A stretch of 64,000 nucleotides of DNA from Bacteroidota bacterium (GCA_037137455.1 JBAXKG010000002.1:42433-106432), one strand, 5' to 3'; counted from the stretch's first letter, positions 1 through 11,480 are shown. The notes: generated by a model from the sequence alone, not told the origin. Translations and numbers: made by a program.

Positions 1-2025
1 CAGGATTACAACTGGGATGCCGTTTGGGAAAGCGCCACCAGAGTCAATGATTCCGGTTGGGTCGCAGAGGTAAAAATACCATATTCTGCATTGCGCTTTC
101 CGGAGGTGGAAAACCAGGTTTGGGGAATTAACATGTGGCGCAATCTTTACAGATATCAGGAATATTCAACCTGGAGTTTTGTCGACAATACAACCAATGA
201 GATCTTCAGGTTTTATGGCACCGTTACAGGTATGAGAAACGTTGATGCCCCGTTGCGTTTGTCATTTTCTCCCTATGTCACAGGCTATATTGAAAAAGAT
301 CCCACAATTAAAAACTGGTCCTATTATGCACGTGGAGGTCTTGACCTGAAACTTGGCCTCAATGACAGTTATACCCTCGACATGATGCTGATCCCCGATT
401 TTGGCCAGGTGCAATCGGATGATCAGATACTCAACCTTAGTCCATTTGAAGTGCGCTACGATGAGAAACGACAGTTTTTCAGCGAAGGCACTGAAATGTT
501 CAATAAATGCGGAATCTTTTATACCCGGAGGGTGGGCAGCGCCCCCAGGAATTTTTATGCTACCAGCGACAGTGCCAGGAATAATGAAATTGTTTCCAAA
601 AACCCTGAAGAAACCCGAATCATCAATGCAACCAAGGTTTCAGGAAGAAATGTTAAGGGCCTCGGCATTGGTTTGTTCAACGGGATGACAACTAATACCT
701 GGGGGATTCTTGAGGATACCATCACCGGCAAAACACGCAGAATCATGACCCAGCCATTTACAAATTACAATGTGCTGGTGTTCGATCAGAACCTCAAAAA
801 CAATTCATATGTTACACTCATAAACACCAATTATTGGATTCCGGATAACAGTTTCAATGCCAACGTTACAGGAGCAGAGGTAAAGTTGTGCAACAAGAAG
901 AACACCATTTCATTTCTGGGCCGGTTGAATGTGAGTCAGAAATATCAGCTGCACAATAAACCTGATTTTGGACATCAGTATTTTTTATCGATATCGAAAC
1001 CCAGTGGCAAATTTCAGTACACTTTAAGCCGTGAAGAGACCGGCAATACGTATGATCCGAATGATATGGGATTCCTGCTGTATAACAATGAGGCATATAA
1101 CCATTTGGAATTATCTTACAGTATTTATGAGCCGGTAGGAAAAATACTATCATCCTTCAACTCATTTACCACGGACTATGCAACCGTGTATAAACCAAAC
1201 CTATTCAAAACACTTCAATTCCAGATTACGAACAGCACAAAGTTTGTCAATCAGTGGGTGAATACCACGGCCATTTATATACAACCTTTGGGATTTAATG
1301 ATTACTATGAACCCAGGATCTGGGGATGGGTTTACAAGACACCCTTGAACTATGGGCTATACTGGCAGGTAGGGACCGACATCCGCAAGATGTTCCGGTA
1401 CCAGCAAACACTGCAAATCGGGAACTCCCCGGAGAATAAAAATTTTTCTGTTTCTCTCGGCATAGCGCCAAGGCTTCGGATCAATGACAGGCTTTCTATC
1501 ACGCTCAGTATCAATTATGAAAAGGATTTGAACAACAATGGCTGGGTGAATACAATGTATGATTCAACCGGCAATCCGACCATTTATTTTGGCCGCCGTG
1601 ACATCCAAACCTTTAATAACATCCTCAGTGCCAGGTATATATTTAATAACAAAGCATCTTTAACGTTTCGCGCCCGACACTATTGGTCTCAGGCAGATTA
1701 TCTTCAGTACTATACCCTCAATACAGATGGGCACCTTGATAACACCTCCTACAGTGAAAATGCAAATATAAATTTCAATGCTTTTACAGTTGATCTGCAG
1801 TTTATTTGGTATTTTGCGCCTGGAAGCGAGCTAAGTTTTGTATGGAAGAACCTTATTTTGACGCAGGGAGACCAAATCAGCTATAATTATTTTGATAATT
1901 TTAGCAAAACAATCAGCGCGCAACAGACAAACAGTTTTTCAATCAGGGTACTCTATTACCTCGATTATCTCATTTTGAAAAAAGCCTTTTCAAAGAAGAC
2001 CAAAAGCATCCCACAAGCCATTTAA
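1..2025 (+). CDS. DUF5916-like (CBM9-associated) secreted/outer-membrane protein, 5' end cut by window edge
   Basis: Frame 1 is open from nt 1 (QDYNWDAVWESATRVNDSGWVAEVKIPYSALRF...), so the TTG listed at 91 is internal. The sequence is aromatic/Asn-rich with alternating beta-strand character. Family assignment is from memory only. Confidence 0.5.
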   Translation, partial: QDYNWDAVWESATRVNDSGWVAEVKIPYSALRFPEVENQVWGINMWRNLYRYQEYSTWSFVDNTTNEIFRFYGTVTGMRNVDAPLRLSFSPYVTGYIEKDPTIKNWSYYARGGLDLKLGLNDSYTLDMMLIPDFGQVQSDDQILNLSPFEVRYDEKRQFFSEGTEMFNKCGIFYTRRVGSAPRNFYATSDSARNNEIVSKNPEETRIINATKVSGRNVKGLGIGLFNGMTTNTWGILEDTITGKTRRIMTQPFTNYNVLVFDQNLKNNSYVTLINTNYWIPDNSFNANVTGAEVKLCNKKNTISFLGRLNVSQKYQLHNKPDFGHQYFLSISKPSGKFQYTLSREETGNTYDPNDMGFLLYNNEAYNHLELSYSIYEPVGKILSSFNSFTTDYATVYKPNLFKTLQFQITNSTKFVNQWVNTTAIYIQPLGFNDYYEPRIWGWVYKTPLNYGLYWQVGTDIRKMFRYQQTLQIGNSPENKNFSVSLGIAPRLRINDRLSITLSINYEKDLNNNGWVNTMYDSTGNPTIYFGRRDIQTFNNILSARYIFNNKASLTFRARHYWSQADYLQYYTLNTDGHLDNTSYSENANINFNAFTVDLQFIWYFAPGSELSFVWKNLILTQGDQISYNYFDNFSKTISAQQTNSFSIRVLYYLDYLILKKAFSKKTKSIPQAI

Positions 2026-2041
2026 TCCTGGAATTTTCAAG

Positions 2042-2049
2042 TAACTTTG
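2042..2049 (+). promoter_or_regulatory. Bacteroidota-type -7 promoter box TAACTTTG
   Basis: Matches the TAnnTTTG consensus, about 50 nt upstream of the ATG at 2099, in the only intergenic gap before the operon. Confidence 0.45.
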
Positions 2050-2069
2050 CGCTTTTGCAAATTCTGAAT

Positions 2070-2093
2070 TTCGCTATTTCGCTACCTCGCTAT
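2070..2093 (+). repeat. Three tandem octamers TTCGCTAT / TTCGCTAC / CTCGCTAT in the operon leader
   Basis: Read directly from the sequence. An inverted copy lies at 10529-10541. Confidence 0.8.
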
Positions 2094-2098
2094 TTAAT

Positions 2099-4798
2099 AT
2101 GAATATCCACAAGCTCAACAACATCTTCAATCCCCAGCGGATTGTACTAATCGGGGTCACGACAAACCCAAACAGCGTAAGTGGAAAAGTGTTGATCAAC
2201 CTTGTGAGTGGTGGATTTCGCGGTGTTGTTTATCCGGTAAACCCAGATAATGAGGCTATCATGGGAATTCCCTGCTATTCAAGCATAAGGGTCCTTCCTA
2301 AAATCCCTGATCTGGCTATTATATGTACGCCGGCCGAAAAAGTTTTAGCCGTTATTCAAGCGTGCGGTGAATTTGGTATTCGTGGAATCATCATCATGTC
2401 GGCCGGATTCAAGGAGGTTGGGGAAGAGGGAAAAAGAATGGAAGATGAGATCAGGAGCGAAATCAGAAAATATGAAGGGATGAGGGCCATTGGACCGAAT
2501 TGCCTCGGAATAATAATTCCGGCACTCAAGCTCAATGCATCCTTTGCGGCTGATATGCCCAGGCCGGGTAATATTGCTTTCATATCCCAATCGGGGGCTT
2601 TGTGTACTTCGGTACTTGATTGGGCAATTGAAGGAAAAATCGGATTTTCACAATTTGTCTCTATCGGAAACAGCATCGATGTGGAATTTGGTGATCTGAT
2701 CGACTATTTTGGTGAAGATGAAAACACGCACTGCATCATCCTTTATATTGAATCGATTCAGAACCCACGTAAATTCATGACTGCAGCCAGGGCGTTTGCG
2801 CGTAAAAAACCCATCATTGTTTACAAAGCCGGAAGATTTCCTGAATCAGCACAGGTGGCAGCGTCCCATACCGGAGCAATGGCCTCAGAAGATGCTGTTT
2901 ATGATGCTGCTTTTCAACGCACCGGGCTGGCCAGGGTATATGAAATCGGCGATATTTTTAGTGTTGCGGAACTGATCGGACGCAATAAATTTCCGCAGGG
3001 CCCGCGGCTGGGAATCGTAACAAATGCAGGCGGCCCCGGGGTGATGGCAACTGATGCCCTGATCGCTGCCAACGGCGTTCTTGCAGAGTTATCGGAAGAG
3101 ACGATGAAGTTGCTGAACGAAAATCTCCCGGCTTACTGGTCTCATGGCAACCCGGTAGATGTGCTGGGAGATGCGCGTGCCAAGCGGATTGCCAAAGCCA
3201 CGCAAATCATGCTGGCCGACAATGGTGTAGATGCTGTGCTGGTCATTCTGACCCCACAGGCAATGACCAATCCCAATGCTACTGCAAAAGAGATCAGCGC
3301 ACTCGTTGTCAGCTCCAGGAAACCAATTTTGGCGGCATGGCTTGGTGGAAAAAGCATGCACGAAGCCGATGATATCCTGGTTGAAAATGGAATCCCTTCC
3401 TATAAAACACCTGAACAGGCCATTCGGGCATTCATGACGATGGTAGCATACAACCGCAATCTGGCAACACTTTACGAAACGCCCAAGGATATTCCTGTTG
3501 AATTCGCCCTCGACCGGCAGTTATTACGTAATTCGTTCAAAGAGATGATCATTGGTCAGCCAGCTATTCTTGCTGAAAACATCTCCAAGACCATCCTCGA
3601 GGACTTTGGTATTTCTACTACCAAACCTTTTCTGGCCTCCACTGCAGAGAAGGCAATTATAATTGCGGAACGCATCGGTTATCCCGTGGTTCTTAAAATT
3701 CAATCACCGGATATCACGCACAAATCAGATGTTGGAGGAGTTCAATTAAATCTTGGAACCGATAAACTGGTCAGAGCTGCTTTTGAACGGATCATGGAGT
3801 CGGCTGAGATAAAATGCCCTGAAGCCAGTATTGAAGGGGTGACTGTTCAAAAAATGGCTTCACACAAAGATTCGGTGGAGATGATTCTTGGCATTAAAAA
3901 AGACAAAGTATTCGGTACAGTTCTGATGGTAGGCATGGGGGGCATTACGGCTGAGTTATTTGGCGACAAGGCACTTGGATTTCCACCTTTAAACGAATGC
4001 CTAGCGCGCCATATGATCGAATCGCTCAAAATATACCCTTTGTTAAAGGGTTATCGCGGGTCGCCGCCAAAGAATATTGATAAACTGATTCAGGTATTGA
4101 TTCGCTTGTCATACCTGGCTGCAGATTATCCTGAAATTGCCGAACTCGATATCAACCCGTTATTGGTGACCCCCGAGGATGTTATTGCCCTGGATGCACG
4201 TATTGTTGTGGACTCACAGTCTGCATGGAGGGAGGATGACCCCTATTTTCATCTCGCCTTGCATCCCTATCCCGAAAAGTATGTAAAATCGACTGTGCTG
4301 CAGGATGGGACTGAGGTGTTATTGCGGCCGATCAAGCCTGAAGATGAACCTTTATGGCTTGAAATGCTTGGCTCCTGCTCCAAGGAATCACTATATAGCC
4401 GGTTCAGGTATTTTTTTCATTGGAAAACGCATGAAGTGGCTACGCGGTATTGCTACATCGATTATGACCGTGAAATAGCAATTGTGGCTGAAATTATTGA
4501 AGATGGACACAAAAAATTGATCGGAGTGGGGCGCTTGGTTGCAGATCCGGATCATGAAACAGTTGAATATGCAATATTAATTGCAGATGCATGGCAGCAA
4601 AAAGATCTTGGAAATATCATCACTGATTTTTGTCTCGAGGTAGCTGAAAAGGGGAACCTTAAGAAAATTGTGGCCCAAACTACTACCGACAACAAGCCGA
4701 TGATTTCGGTTTTTCAAAAGCGCGGCTTTGAAGTAAAGATAAATAACCACGATTCAACAGTTGATGTCATGAAAGTCTTGCCAAAGTTGAAATTGTAG
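2099..4798 (+). CDS. Bifunctional ADP-forming acyl-CoA synthetase family protein / GNAT N-acetyltransferase (Pat/YfiQ-like architecture)
   Basis: 899 aa. N-terminal CoA-binding Rossmann domain (RIVLIGVT..., GPNCLGI); ATP-grasp region (GYPVVLKIQSPDITHKSDVGGV); C-terminal GNAT block (LLRPIKPEDE...QKRGFEV). Confidence 0.85.
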   Translation: MNIHKLNNIFNPQRIVLIGVTTNPNSVSGKVLINLVSGGFRGVVYPVNPDNEAIMGIPCYSSIRVLPKIPDLAIICTPAEKVLAVIQACGEFGIRGIIIMSAGFKEVGEEGKRMEDEIRSEIRKYEGMRAIGPNCLGIIIPALKLNASFAADMPRPGNIAFISQSGALCTSVLDWAIEGKIGFSQFVSIGNSIDVEFGDLIDYFGEDENTHCIILYIESIQNPRKFMTAARAFARKKPIIVYKAGRFPESAQVAASHTGAMASEDAVYDAAFQRTGLARVYEIGDIFSVAELIGRNKFPQGPRLGIVTNAGGPGVMATDALIAANGVLAELSEETMKLLNENLPAYWSHGNPVDVLGDARAKRIAKATQIMLADNGVDAVLVILTPQAMTNPNATAKEISALVVSSRKPILAAWLGGKSMHEADDILVENGIPSYKTPEQAIRAFMTMVAYNRNLATLYETPKDIPVEFALDRQLLRNSFKEMIIGQPAILAENISKTILEDFGISTTKPFLASTAEKAIIIAERIGYPVVLKIQSPDITHKSDVGGVQLNLGTDKLVRAAFERIMESAEIKCPEASIEGVTVQKMASHKDSVEMILGIKKDKVFGTVLMVGMGGITAELFGDKALGFPPLNECLARHMIESLKIYPLLKGYRGSPPKNIDKLIQVLIRLSYLAADYPEIAELDINPLLVTPEDVIALDARIVVDSQSAWREDDPYFHLALHPYPEKYVKSTVLQDGTEVLLRPIKPEDEPLWLEMLGSCSKESLYSRFRYFFHWKTHEVATRYCYIDYDREIAIVAEIIEDGHKKLIGVGRLVADPDHETVEYAILIADAWQQKDLGNIITDFCLEVAEKGNLKKIVAQTTTDNKPMISVFQKRGFEVKINNHDSTVDVMKVLPKLKL

Positions 4799-4866
4799 TT
4801 TACAATTCGTATTTTTGTTTCAAATTATCCAAATAATTAATAATTAGTATTTTAGATTCTACAGCC

Positions 4867-6009
4867 ATGAATTTCGAATTTACCGAAGAACAGATTATGA
4901 TTCAACAATCGGCACGGGATTATGCCCAGCGCGAATTGATAAAAGACGTTTTGGAACGCGATGCCAAAGCCGAATTCCCGACCCGACACGTTAAGGCTCT
5001 GGCCGAACTGGGTTTCCTTGGGATGCTTGTCGATACAAAATATGATGGAGGGGGGATGGATACCATTTCGTATGTTTTAGCAATGGAGGAATTGTCAAAA
5101 ATTGATAGTTCTGTATCTGTCATCATGTCGGTGAATAATTCATTGGTTTGTTACGGAATTGAAGCCTTCGGGTCTGAAGAACAGAAGGAGAAGTGGCTCA
5201 AACCGCTTGCACGCGGCGAAAAGATAGGCGCTTTCCTGCTTTCGGAGCCCGAAGCCGGTTCGGATGCCACCTCTCAAAGAACTACTGCCATCGACAAAGG
5301 AGACCACTACCTTGTGAATGGGGTAAAAAACTGGATCACAAGTGGAAATTCAGCATCTACATATGTTTTAATTGCCCAAACCCATCCCGAAAAAGGGCAT
5401 AAGGGGATCAATGCCTTTGTGGTTGATCGCCATTCGCTTGGCATTACTCTTGGCCCCCATGAAGACAAGATGGGCATGCGCAGTAGCGACACCCATTCAG
5501 TAATGTTTTCCGATGTGATTGTTCCAAAGGAAAATCGACTGGGTGAAGATGGATTTGGATTTAAATTTGCCATGAAGACACTTGAGGGCGGACGCATAGG
5601 AATTGCTGCGCAGGCATTAGGAATTGCCCAGGGAGCGTTTGAGCGGGCGCTGCAATATTCGAAGGAAAGAAAAACATTCGGCACAGAAATTATCAACCAC
5701 CAGGCCATCGGGTTTAAGCTGGCCGAGATGCATACACGGATTGAGGCGGCTCGCTATTTCTGCCTGAAGTCGGCCTGGCTTAAAGACCAGGGAAAACCAT
5801 ATGGAACCGCTAGTGCGATGGCAAAGTACTATGCTGCCGAAACTGCAATGTATGTCACCACCGAAGCTGTTCAGATCCATGGAGGATATGGATACGTGAA
5901 GGAATATCATGTAGAACGTCTGATGCGTGAAGCCAAACTTACTCAGATTTACGAAGGGACGAGTGAAATTCAGCAAATGATCATTTCCAGGGCAATCATG
6001 AATGATTAA
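4867..6009 (+). CDS. Acyl-CoA dehydrogenase (short-chain/butyryl-CoA dehydrogenase-like)
   Basis: 380 aa. MNFEFTEEQ start, [13 protein letters not shown], and the C-terminal YEGTSEIQ catalytic-Glu motif typical of ACADs. Confidence 0.9.
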   Translation: MNFEFTEEQIMIQQSARDYAQRELIKDVLERDAKAEFPTRHVKALAELGFLGMLVDTKYDGGGMDTISYVLAMEELSKIDSSVSVIMSVNNSLVCYGIEAFGSEEQKEKWLKPLARGEKIGAFLLSEPEAGSDATSQRTTAIDKGDHYLVNGVKNWITSGNSASTYVLIAQTHPEKGHKGINAFVVDRHSLGITLGPHEDKMGMRSSDTHSVMFSDVIVPKENRLGEDGFGFKFAMKTLEGGRIGIAAQALGIAQGAFERALQYSKERKTFGTEIINHQAIGFKLAEMHTRIEAARYFCLKSAWLKDQGKPYGTASAMAKYYAAETAMYVTTEAVQIHGGYGYVKEYHVERLMREAKLTQIYEGTSEIQQMIISRAIMND

Positions 6010-9000
6010 GGTAATTATGGGAAGCCCTGAAGTATATAGACCGAAGCATCATATTCGCATCGTTACTGCTACATCTTTGTTTGATGGACACGATGCGGCA
6101 ATCAATATCATGCGCCGTATTCTCCAGGCCAGTGGGGCTGAGGTCATCCATCTCGGGCACAATCGTTCGGTACAGGAAGTAGTCGATTGCGCCATCCAGG
6201 AAGATGTTCAGGCCATTGCCATCACCTCTTACCAGGGCGGCCACATGGAGTATTTTAAATACATGTTCGAACTGCTTCAGGAAAAGAGTTGTGGACATAT
6301 AAAAATATTTGGCGGTGGTGGTGGTGTGATTTTGCCACATGAGATCAACGCATTGCATGCATATGGCATTACACGCATTTATTCGCCAGACGATGGCCGT
6401 GAAATGACCCTTCAGGGAATGATCAATGACCTGTTGATGAAGTGTGATTTTCCGGTTGGAGATCAGCCAACATTCGATCTGGAAAAGATCCGGAACAAGG
6501 ATTTTAAGGAAATAGCCTGTCTTATTTCCGCTGCTGAAAACTACCCTGAAAAGGGTCGGCTTTTTTTTGATAAAATCGGGAAAGAGGCATCCAAAAAAAA
6601 TATTCCTGTTCTGGGTATCACGGGAACCGGTGGCTCAGGAAAATCATCCCTTGTCGATGAAATCGTTCGCAGGTTTCTTGCCGATTTACATGATAAAACC
6701 CTGGCCATCATTTCAATTGATCCATCAAAACGTAAAACCGGCGGGGCCCTGTTGGGCGACCGCATAAGGATGAATGCCATCTTCAACCCGCGCGTGTACA
6801 TGCGCTCGCTTGCCACGCGGCAATCGAACCTGGCCCTTTCGAAATATGTTAAAGATGCCATCAATGTGGCAAAGGTGGCGGGATTTGACATGGTAATTGT
6901 TGAAACTTCGGGCATCGGGCAATCCGACACTGAGATTGTCGATCACAGCGATGTGACCCTATATGTTATGACCCCTGAATATGGCGCGGCCAGTCAGCTT
7001 GAAAAGATTGACATGCTCGATTTTGCAGATCTTGTTGCAATTAATAAATTCGATAAACGCGGAGCGCTGGATGCATTGCGCGATGTGAAGAAACAATACC
7101 AGCGTAACCATAAATTTTTCGATAAACCGGAGGAGACGATGCCTGTTTATGGGACAATAGCATCACAGTTTAACGACCCCGGGGTGAATGAGCTTTATCT
7201 GGCGCTGATTCACACTATCAGCGCTAAAACCAGCATCTCAATGCCCAGCCAATTTCAAAAAGGCGCTGAAATGACGGAAAAGATATTAATCATACCTCCA
7301 TCGCGAACCCGGTATCTGGCTGAAATTGCAGAGACAGTGCGGAATTACAACCATTGGACGATCGAACAAACCAGAGTTGCTCAACAGCTTTTTGGCATTG
7401 CACAAACTATTGAAACCTTACGAACCAGACCGCCCGACCCTGAAAGGGATGCAGATATTGACAGGATCCAGGCCTGTAATAGCACCGGGATGCTACTTGA
7501 ATTGGATTTGTTATATGAAAAAACCTTGAAACAACTTGAACCGGCGAACCACGACATCCTGAAAAGCTGGAATGACAAGGTTAAATCATACAAAGATGAG
7601 TTCTATATTTATAAGGTTCGGAACAAAGAAATTAAGGTAGAGACCCACACCGAATCACTTTCCCGACTATTGATTCCGAAGATTTCGATGCCACGCTATG
7701 AAGCCTGGGGAGATATTTTAAAATGGAACCTCCGGGAAAACGTGCCGGGAGAATTCCCATATGCAGCCGGGGTTTTTCCTTTCAAGCGCGAAAGTGAAGA
7801 CCCAACACGGATGTTTGCTGGTGAAGGCGGCCCTGAACGCACGAATAAGCGCTTCCATTATGTTTCTTTTGGCATGCCCTTCGTCAGACTTTCAACAGCG
7901 TATGATTCAGTTACCTTATATGGATTTGACCCGGACGTTCGTCCTGATATTTATGGCAAGATCGGCAATGCCGGCGTTTCTGTAGCTTGCCTCGATGATG
8001 CAAAAAAGCTCTATTCGGGGTTCGACCTTGTCAGTCCGAACACCTCTGTGTCGATGACGATCAACGGTCCGGCGCCAACAATGGTGGGCTACTTCATGAA
8101 TGCTGCTATCGACCAGCAATGCGAAAAACACATCCGCCATCAAGGCATGGAGGAGGAGGTAAATAAAAAGATTGACGCCATATATAAAAAAGCAGGAACA
8201 CATCGGCCGCGTTACAAAGGAGATCTGCCTAATGGCCATAATGGACTAGGGTTGATGTTGCTGGGGGTCACAGGAGATCAGGTTTTAGCCCCTGAGGTGT
8301 ATGAAAAGATAAAAAAAGAGACACTGAGCCAGGTTCGCGGAACGGTACAGGCCGATATCCTTAAAGAGGACCAGGCGCAGAATACCTGTATCTTTTCCAT
8401 CGACTTTGCTTTAAAGATGATGGGCGATATCCAGCAGTATTTCAACGACAACCATGTGCGGAACTTCTATTCCGTCTCCATCTCAGGGTACCATATTGCA
8501 GAGGCAGGCGCTAACCCCATTTCGCAGCTTGCATTTACACTGGCCAACGGATTTACTTATGTGGAATACTATGTTTCACGTGGCATGGATGTCAATAAAT
8601 TTGCACCAAACTTGTCGTTCTTCTTTTCAAATGGGGTCGATGCGGAATACTCGGTAATCGGACGTGTTGCCAGGCTCATTTGGGCTAAGGCGATGAAATT
8701 CAAGTATAAGGCCGATGCCCGGTCGCAAATGTTGAAATACCATATCCAAACATCAGGCCGCTCGCTGCATGCACAGGAGATCGATTTCAACGACATCCGC
8801 ACTACCTTGCAGGCGCTCTATGCCATTTATGACAACTGCAACTCGCTGCACACTAACGCGTACGATGAAGCTATTACTACGCCCACTGAGGATTCGGTGC
8901 GCCGCGCAATGGCCATCCAGATGATAATCAACAATGAACTGGGATTGGCAAAGAACCAGAATCCTTTGCAGGGCGCATTTATCATCGAAGAACTCACAGA

Positions 9001-9436
9001 TCTGGTGGAAGAAGCAGTAATGGTTGAATTTGAACGGATTTCAGAACGCGGCGGTGTGTTGGGAGCCATGGAAACAATGTACCAGCGCAGCCGTATCCAG
9101 GAGGAAAGCTTATATTATGAAACACTTAAACATACGGGGAAACTTCCGATCATCGGAGTAAATACTTTTCTTTCAAGCAAGGGTTCTCCTACCATCTTAC
9201 CCGGCGAAATCATCCGCGCCACCGAAGAGGAAAAACAGTATCAGATAGACATGCTGGATAACCTGCATAAAACACACCTCGAAAAATCGAAGGTGATGAT
9301 CCAAAATCTGAAGAGGGCGGCAATAAAAAATAATAATATCTTTGAAAGCCTGATGGAGGCAGCAAGGTACTGTTCCATCGGACAAATTACCGATGCGTTG
9401 TTCGAAGTTGGAGGACAGTATCGCCGTAACATGTAA
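6002..9436 (+). CDS. icmF: Fused isobutyryl-CoA mutase (B12-binding domain + MeaB-like GTPase + mutase barrel)
   Basis: 1144 aa. N-terminal B12 domain ([18 protein letters not shown]), P-loop [12 protein letters not shown] plus NKFD, and a large C-terminal methylmalonyl-CoA-mutase-like domain. The ATG at 6002 overlaps the ACAD stop by 8 nt; an alternative ATG lies at 6017. Confidence 0.9.
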   Translation: MIKVIMGSPEVYRPKHHIRIVTATSLFDGHDAAINIMRRILQASGAEVIHLGHNRSVQEVVDCAIQEDVQAIAITSYQGGHMEYFKYMFELLQEKSCGHIKIFGGGGGVILPHEINALHAYGITRIYSPDDGREMTLQGMINDLLMKCDFPVGDQPTFDLEKIRNKDFKEIACLISAAENYPEKGRLFFDKIGKEASKKNIPVLGITGTGGSGKSSLVDEIVRRFLADLHDKTLAIISIDPSKRKTGGALLGDRIRMNAIFNPRVYMRSLATRQSNLALSKYVKDAINVAKVAGFDMVIVETSGIGQSDTEIVDHSDVTLYVMTPEYGAASQLEKIDMLDFADLVAINKFDKRGALDALRDVKKQYQRNHKFFDKPEETMPVYGTIASQFNDPGVNELYLALIHTISAKTSISMPSQFQKGAEMTEKILIIPPSRTRYLAEIAETVRNYNHWTIEQTRVAQQLFGIAQTIETLRTRPPDPERDADIDRIQACNSTGMLLELDLLYEKTLKQLEPANHDILKSWNDKVKSYKDEFYIYKVRNKEIKVETHTESLSRLLIPKISMPRYEAWGDILKWNLRENVPGEFPYAAGVFPFKRESEDPTRMFAGEGGPERTNKRFHYVSFGMPFVRLSTAYDSVTLYGFDPDVRPDIYGKIGNAGVSVACLDDAKKLYSGFDLVSPNTSVSMTINGPAPTMVGYFMNAAIDQQCEKHIRHQGMEEEVNKKIDAIYKKAGTHRPRYKGDLPNGHNGLGLMLLGVTGDQVLAPEVYEKIKKETLSQVRGTVQADILKEDQAQNTCIFSIDFALKMMGDIQQYFNDNHVRNFYSVSISGYHIAEAGANPISQLAFTLANGFTYVEYYVSRGMDVNKFAPNLSFFFSNGVDAEYSVIGRVARLIWAKAMKFKYKADARSQMLKYHIQTSGRSLHAQEIDFNDIRTTLQALYAIYDNCNSLHTNAYDEAITTPTEDSVRRAMAIQMIINNELGLAKNQNPLQGAFIIEELTDLVEEAVMVEFERISERGGVLGAMETMYQRSRIQEESLYYETLKHTGKLPIIGVNTFLSSKGSPTILPGEIIRATEEEKQYQIDMLDNLHKTHLEKSKVMIQNLKRAAIKNNNIFESLMEAARYCSIGQITDALFEVGGQYRRNM

Positions 9437-9453
9437 ACTTAAAAACCAGACAT

Positions 9454-10530
9454 ATGACACTGTTCAATATTTTGGTTGTTAATCCAAAAGATTATCTCAC
9501 GCAAATAGCTGTTTACCAAAATCATAAACTTCTTTATATGATCAGCCGGAAACATTCGGCAGAAGAACTTTCTCAATTTAAAACAATATACGACCAGGTA
9601 CAGTTTCGCAAAGAAAGTGTAATACGTGAGTTAAAACATAATGATTTCAGCCTGGAGGAGCTAAAAATTGTGATTTCCCGCGGGGGATTGATCAAACCTG
9701 TAAAGTCGGGTGTTTTTGAGGTGAATGAACTTTTAAAGAAAGATTTGTTGTATAGCCCGGTGGGGGATGATATTATCAACATTGCCGGATTGCTTGCCGA
9801 TGCAATTACCTCCGAAGTTCCCGGCGCCAGGGCTATGATTGCCGACCCTACGGTAGTGGATGAATTTCATGATCTGGCAAGGATTACAGGCTGTCCGGAA
9901 ATCCATCGCAAATCCATTTTCCACGCACTCAATCAGAAGGCAGTTGCCAAAATGCATTCAGAAACGCACAAGAAAAAATATGAGGAGCTCAACCTCATCG
10001 TGGCGCATATTGGAAACGGAACCACTGTCGGGGCGCATTGCCATGGCCGTGTGATCGATGTAAACCAGGGATTTGAAGGTGACGGGCCTTTTTCGATGGT
10101 CCGAAGTGGTTCATTGCCCATGGGCGATGTGGTTAAGATGTGTTACAGCGGGACCAAAACCCTCGATGAAATGTTATGTCTGCTAACCCATTGTGCAGGC
10201 GTTAACGCTTATCTGGGAACCAGAGATATCAATGAAATAGAAAACCGCATCAACAATGGCGATACACATGCCAAACTGATCATGGAGGCTATGGCTTACC
10301 AGGTTTCGAAATGCATCGGCGAAATGTTTGCTGTACTAAAAGGCGAGGTCGATGCCATACTAATTACCGGCGACATTGCCCACAGTCATTTTGTTGTACA
10401 TAACATTATTGACCATGTTGAAAAATTTGCTCCGATATTCCTTTATCCCGGCGACAACGAACTCCAGGCCATGGCTGGAAATGCACTTCGCGTACTGAAG
10501 GGGGAAATGAAAGTTCAGGAATATATATAA
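9454..10530 (+). CDS. buk: Butyrate kinase
   Basis: 358 aa with acetate/butyrate kinase-family length and layout (ILVVNP..., IVAHIGNGTTVGA, ILITGDIA). Confidence 0.8.
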   Translation: MTLFNILVVNPKDYLTQIAVYQNHKLLYMISRKHSAEELSQFKTIYDQVQFRKESVIRELKHNDFSLEELKIVISRGGLIKPVKSGVFEVNELLKKDLLYSPVGDDIINIAGLLADAITSEVPGARAMIADPTVVDEFHDLARITGCPEIHRKSIFHALNQKAVAKMHSETHKKKYEELNLIVAHIGNGTTVGAHCHGRVIDVNQGFEGDGPFSMVRSGSLPMGDVVKMCYSGTKTLDEMLCLLTHCAGVNAYLGTRDINEIENRINNGDTHAKLIMEAMAYQVSKCIGEMFAVLKGEVDAILITGDIAHSHFVVHNIIDHVEKFAPIFLYPGDNELQAMAGNALRVLKGEMKVQEYI

Positions 10531-10556
10531 ATAGCGAAATTTTCACTATTTCGCCA
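10529..10556. repeat. Inverted copy of the leader repeat, forming a 7-bp hairpin (GCGAAAT / ATTTCGC)
   Basis: AAATAGCGAAATT (10529-10541) is the exact reverse complement of 2067-2079. It pairs with ATTTCGC at 10548-10554. A T-run follows only about 12 nt later, so it would be at best a weak terminator. Confidence 0.7.
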
Positions 10557-10583
10557 ACTCACTGCTTTTTTCAAGAAACAGAC

Positions 10584-11423
10584 ATGAAACTATTTCCCAT
10601 AAACACCGGCAACCTAAAACTTGATGGTGGAGCCATGTTCGGCGTAGTACCGAAGGTGATCTGGAGCAAGTCGTATCCCTGTGATGAAAACAACCTTTGC
10701 AACTGGTCGATGCGCTGTTTGCTTATCGTGGATGGCGACCGGAAAATATTGATTGATTGCGGGATCGGAGATAAACAATCTGAAAAATTCTTTTCAAATT
10801 ATTGGCTGAACGGGGATGACACATTGGAAAAATCACTGGAAACAAATGGGTTTACCTTTGATGACATCACCGATGTGATTTTGACCCATCTGCATTTTGA
10901 CCATGCGGGAGGAGCAGTCAGATGGAATGCCGCTAAGACCGGGTACGAGGTTACCTTTAAAAACGCGACCTATCATACCAGCCGGCGGCAATGGGAATGG
11001 GCGACCAGTCCCAACAACCGTGAAAAAGCTTCCTTCCTGAAGGAGAACATCCTGCCTATCAAAGAAAAGGGACGGCTGGAGCTGATCGATGGCGAAACCG
11101 AACTTTTTCACAATGTTTCGGTCCGCATTTTCAACGGACACACAGATGGACAGGTGATCCCGTTTATCAGGTATAAGGATAAAACCATTGTTTATATGGC
11201 CGACCTGCTGCCTTCTGCTGCGCATATTCCCCTGCCCTGGGTAATGAGTTACGACACCCGCCCGCTGATCACTATGAATGAAAAAGAGGCATTTATGTCC
11301 GAAGCTGCCCAGAACGGATTTGTACTGTTTTTCGAGCACGATCTTTATCGAGAATGCTGCACGGTAGAAGCCACCGACAAGGGAATCAGACTTAAAGAGA
11401 GCTTTTCGCTTGATTCAGTATGA
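10584..11423 (+). CDS. MBL-fold metallo-hydrolase
   Basis: 279 aa with the HLHFDHAGG (HxHxDH) zinc motif. Confidence 0.85.
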   Translation: MKLFPINTGNLKLDGGAMFGVVPKVIWSKSYPCDENNLCNWSMRCLLIVDGDRKILIDCGIGDKQSEKFFSNYWLNGDDTLEKSLETNGFTFDDITDVILTHLHFDHAGGAVRWNAAKTGYEVTFKNATYHTSRRQWEWATSPNNREKASFLKENILPIKEKGRLELIDGETELFHNVSVRIFNGHTDGQVIPFIRYKDKTIVYMADLLPSAAHIPLPWVMSYDTRPLITMNEKEAFMSEAAQNGFVLFFEHDLYRECCTVEATDKGIRLKESFSLDSV

Positions 11424-11480
11424 ATTTGATACAAGCCAGATCTAGATAAGGAAAAACGTTAAAGAAGCCAGCATTTATCT

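Noticed and set aside
91-2025. TTG at 91 as the start of the first gene
   Set aside because: The same frame is open back to nt 1 and the upstream residues read as a continuous protein, so the gene is truncated by the window rather than starting at 91.
10833-11339. 168-aa ORF antisense to the MBL-fold hydrolase gene
   Set aside because: It is fully nested opposite a gene with a clear HxHxDH motif, and its composition is low-complexity Gly/Arg/Pro-rich, typical of antisense frames.
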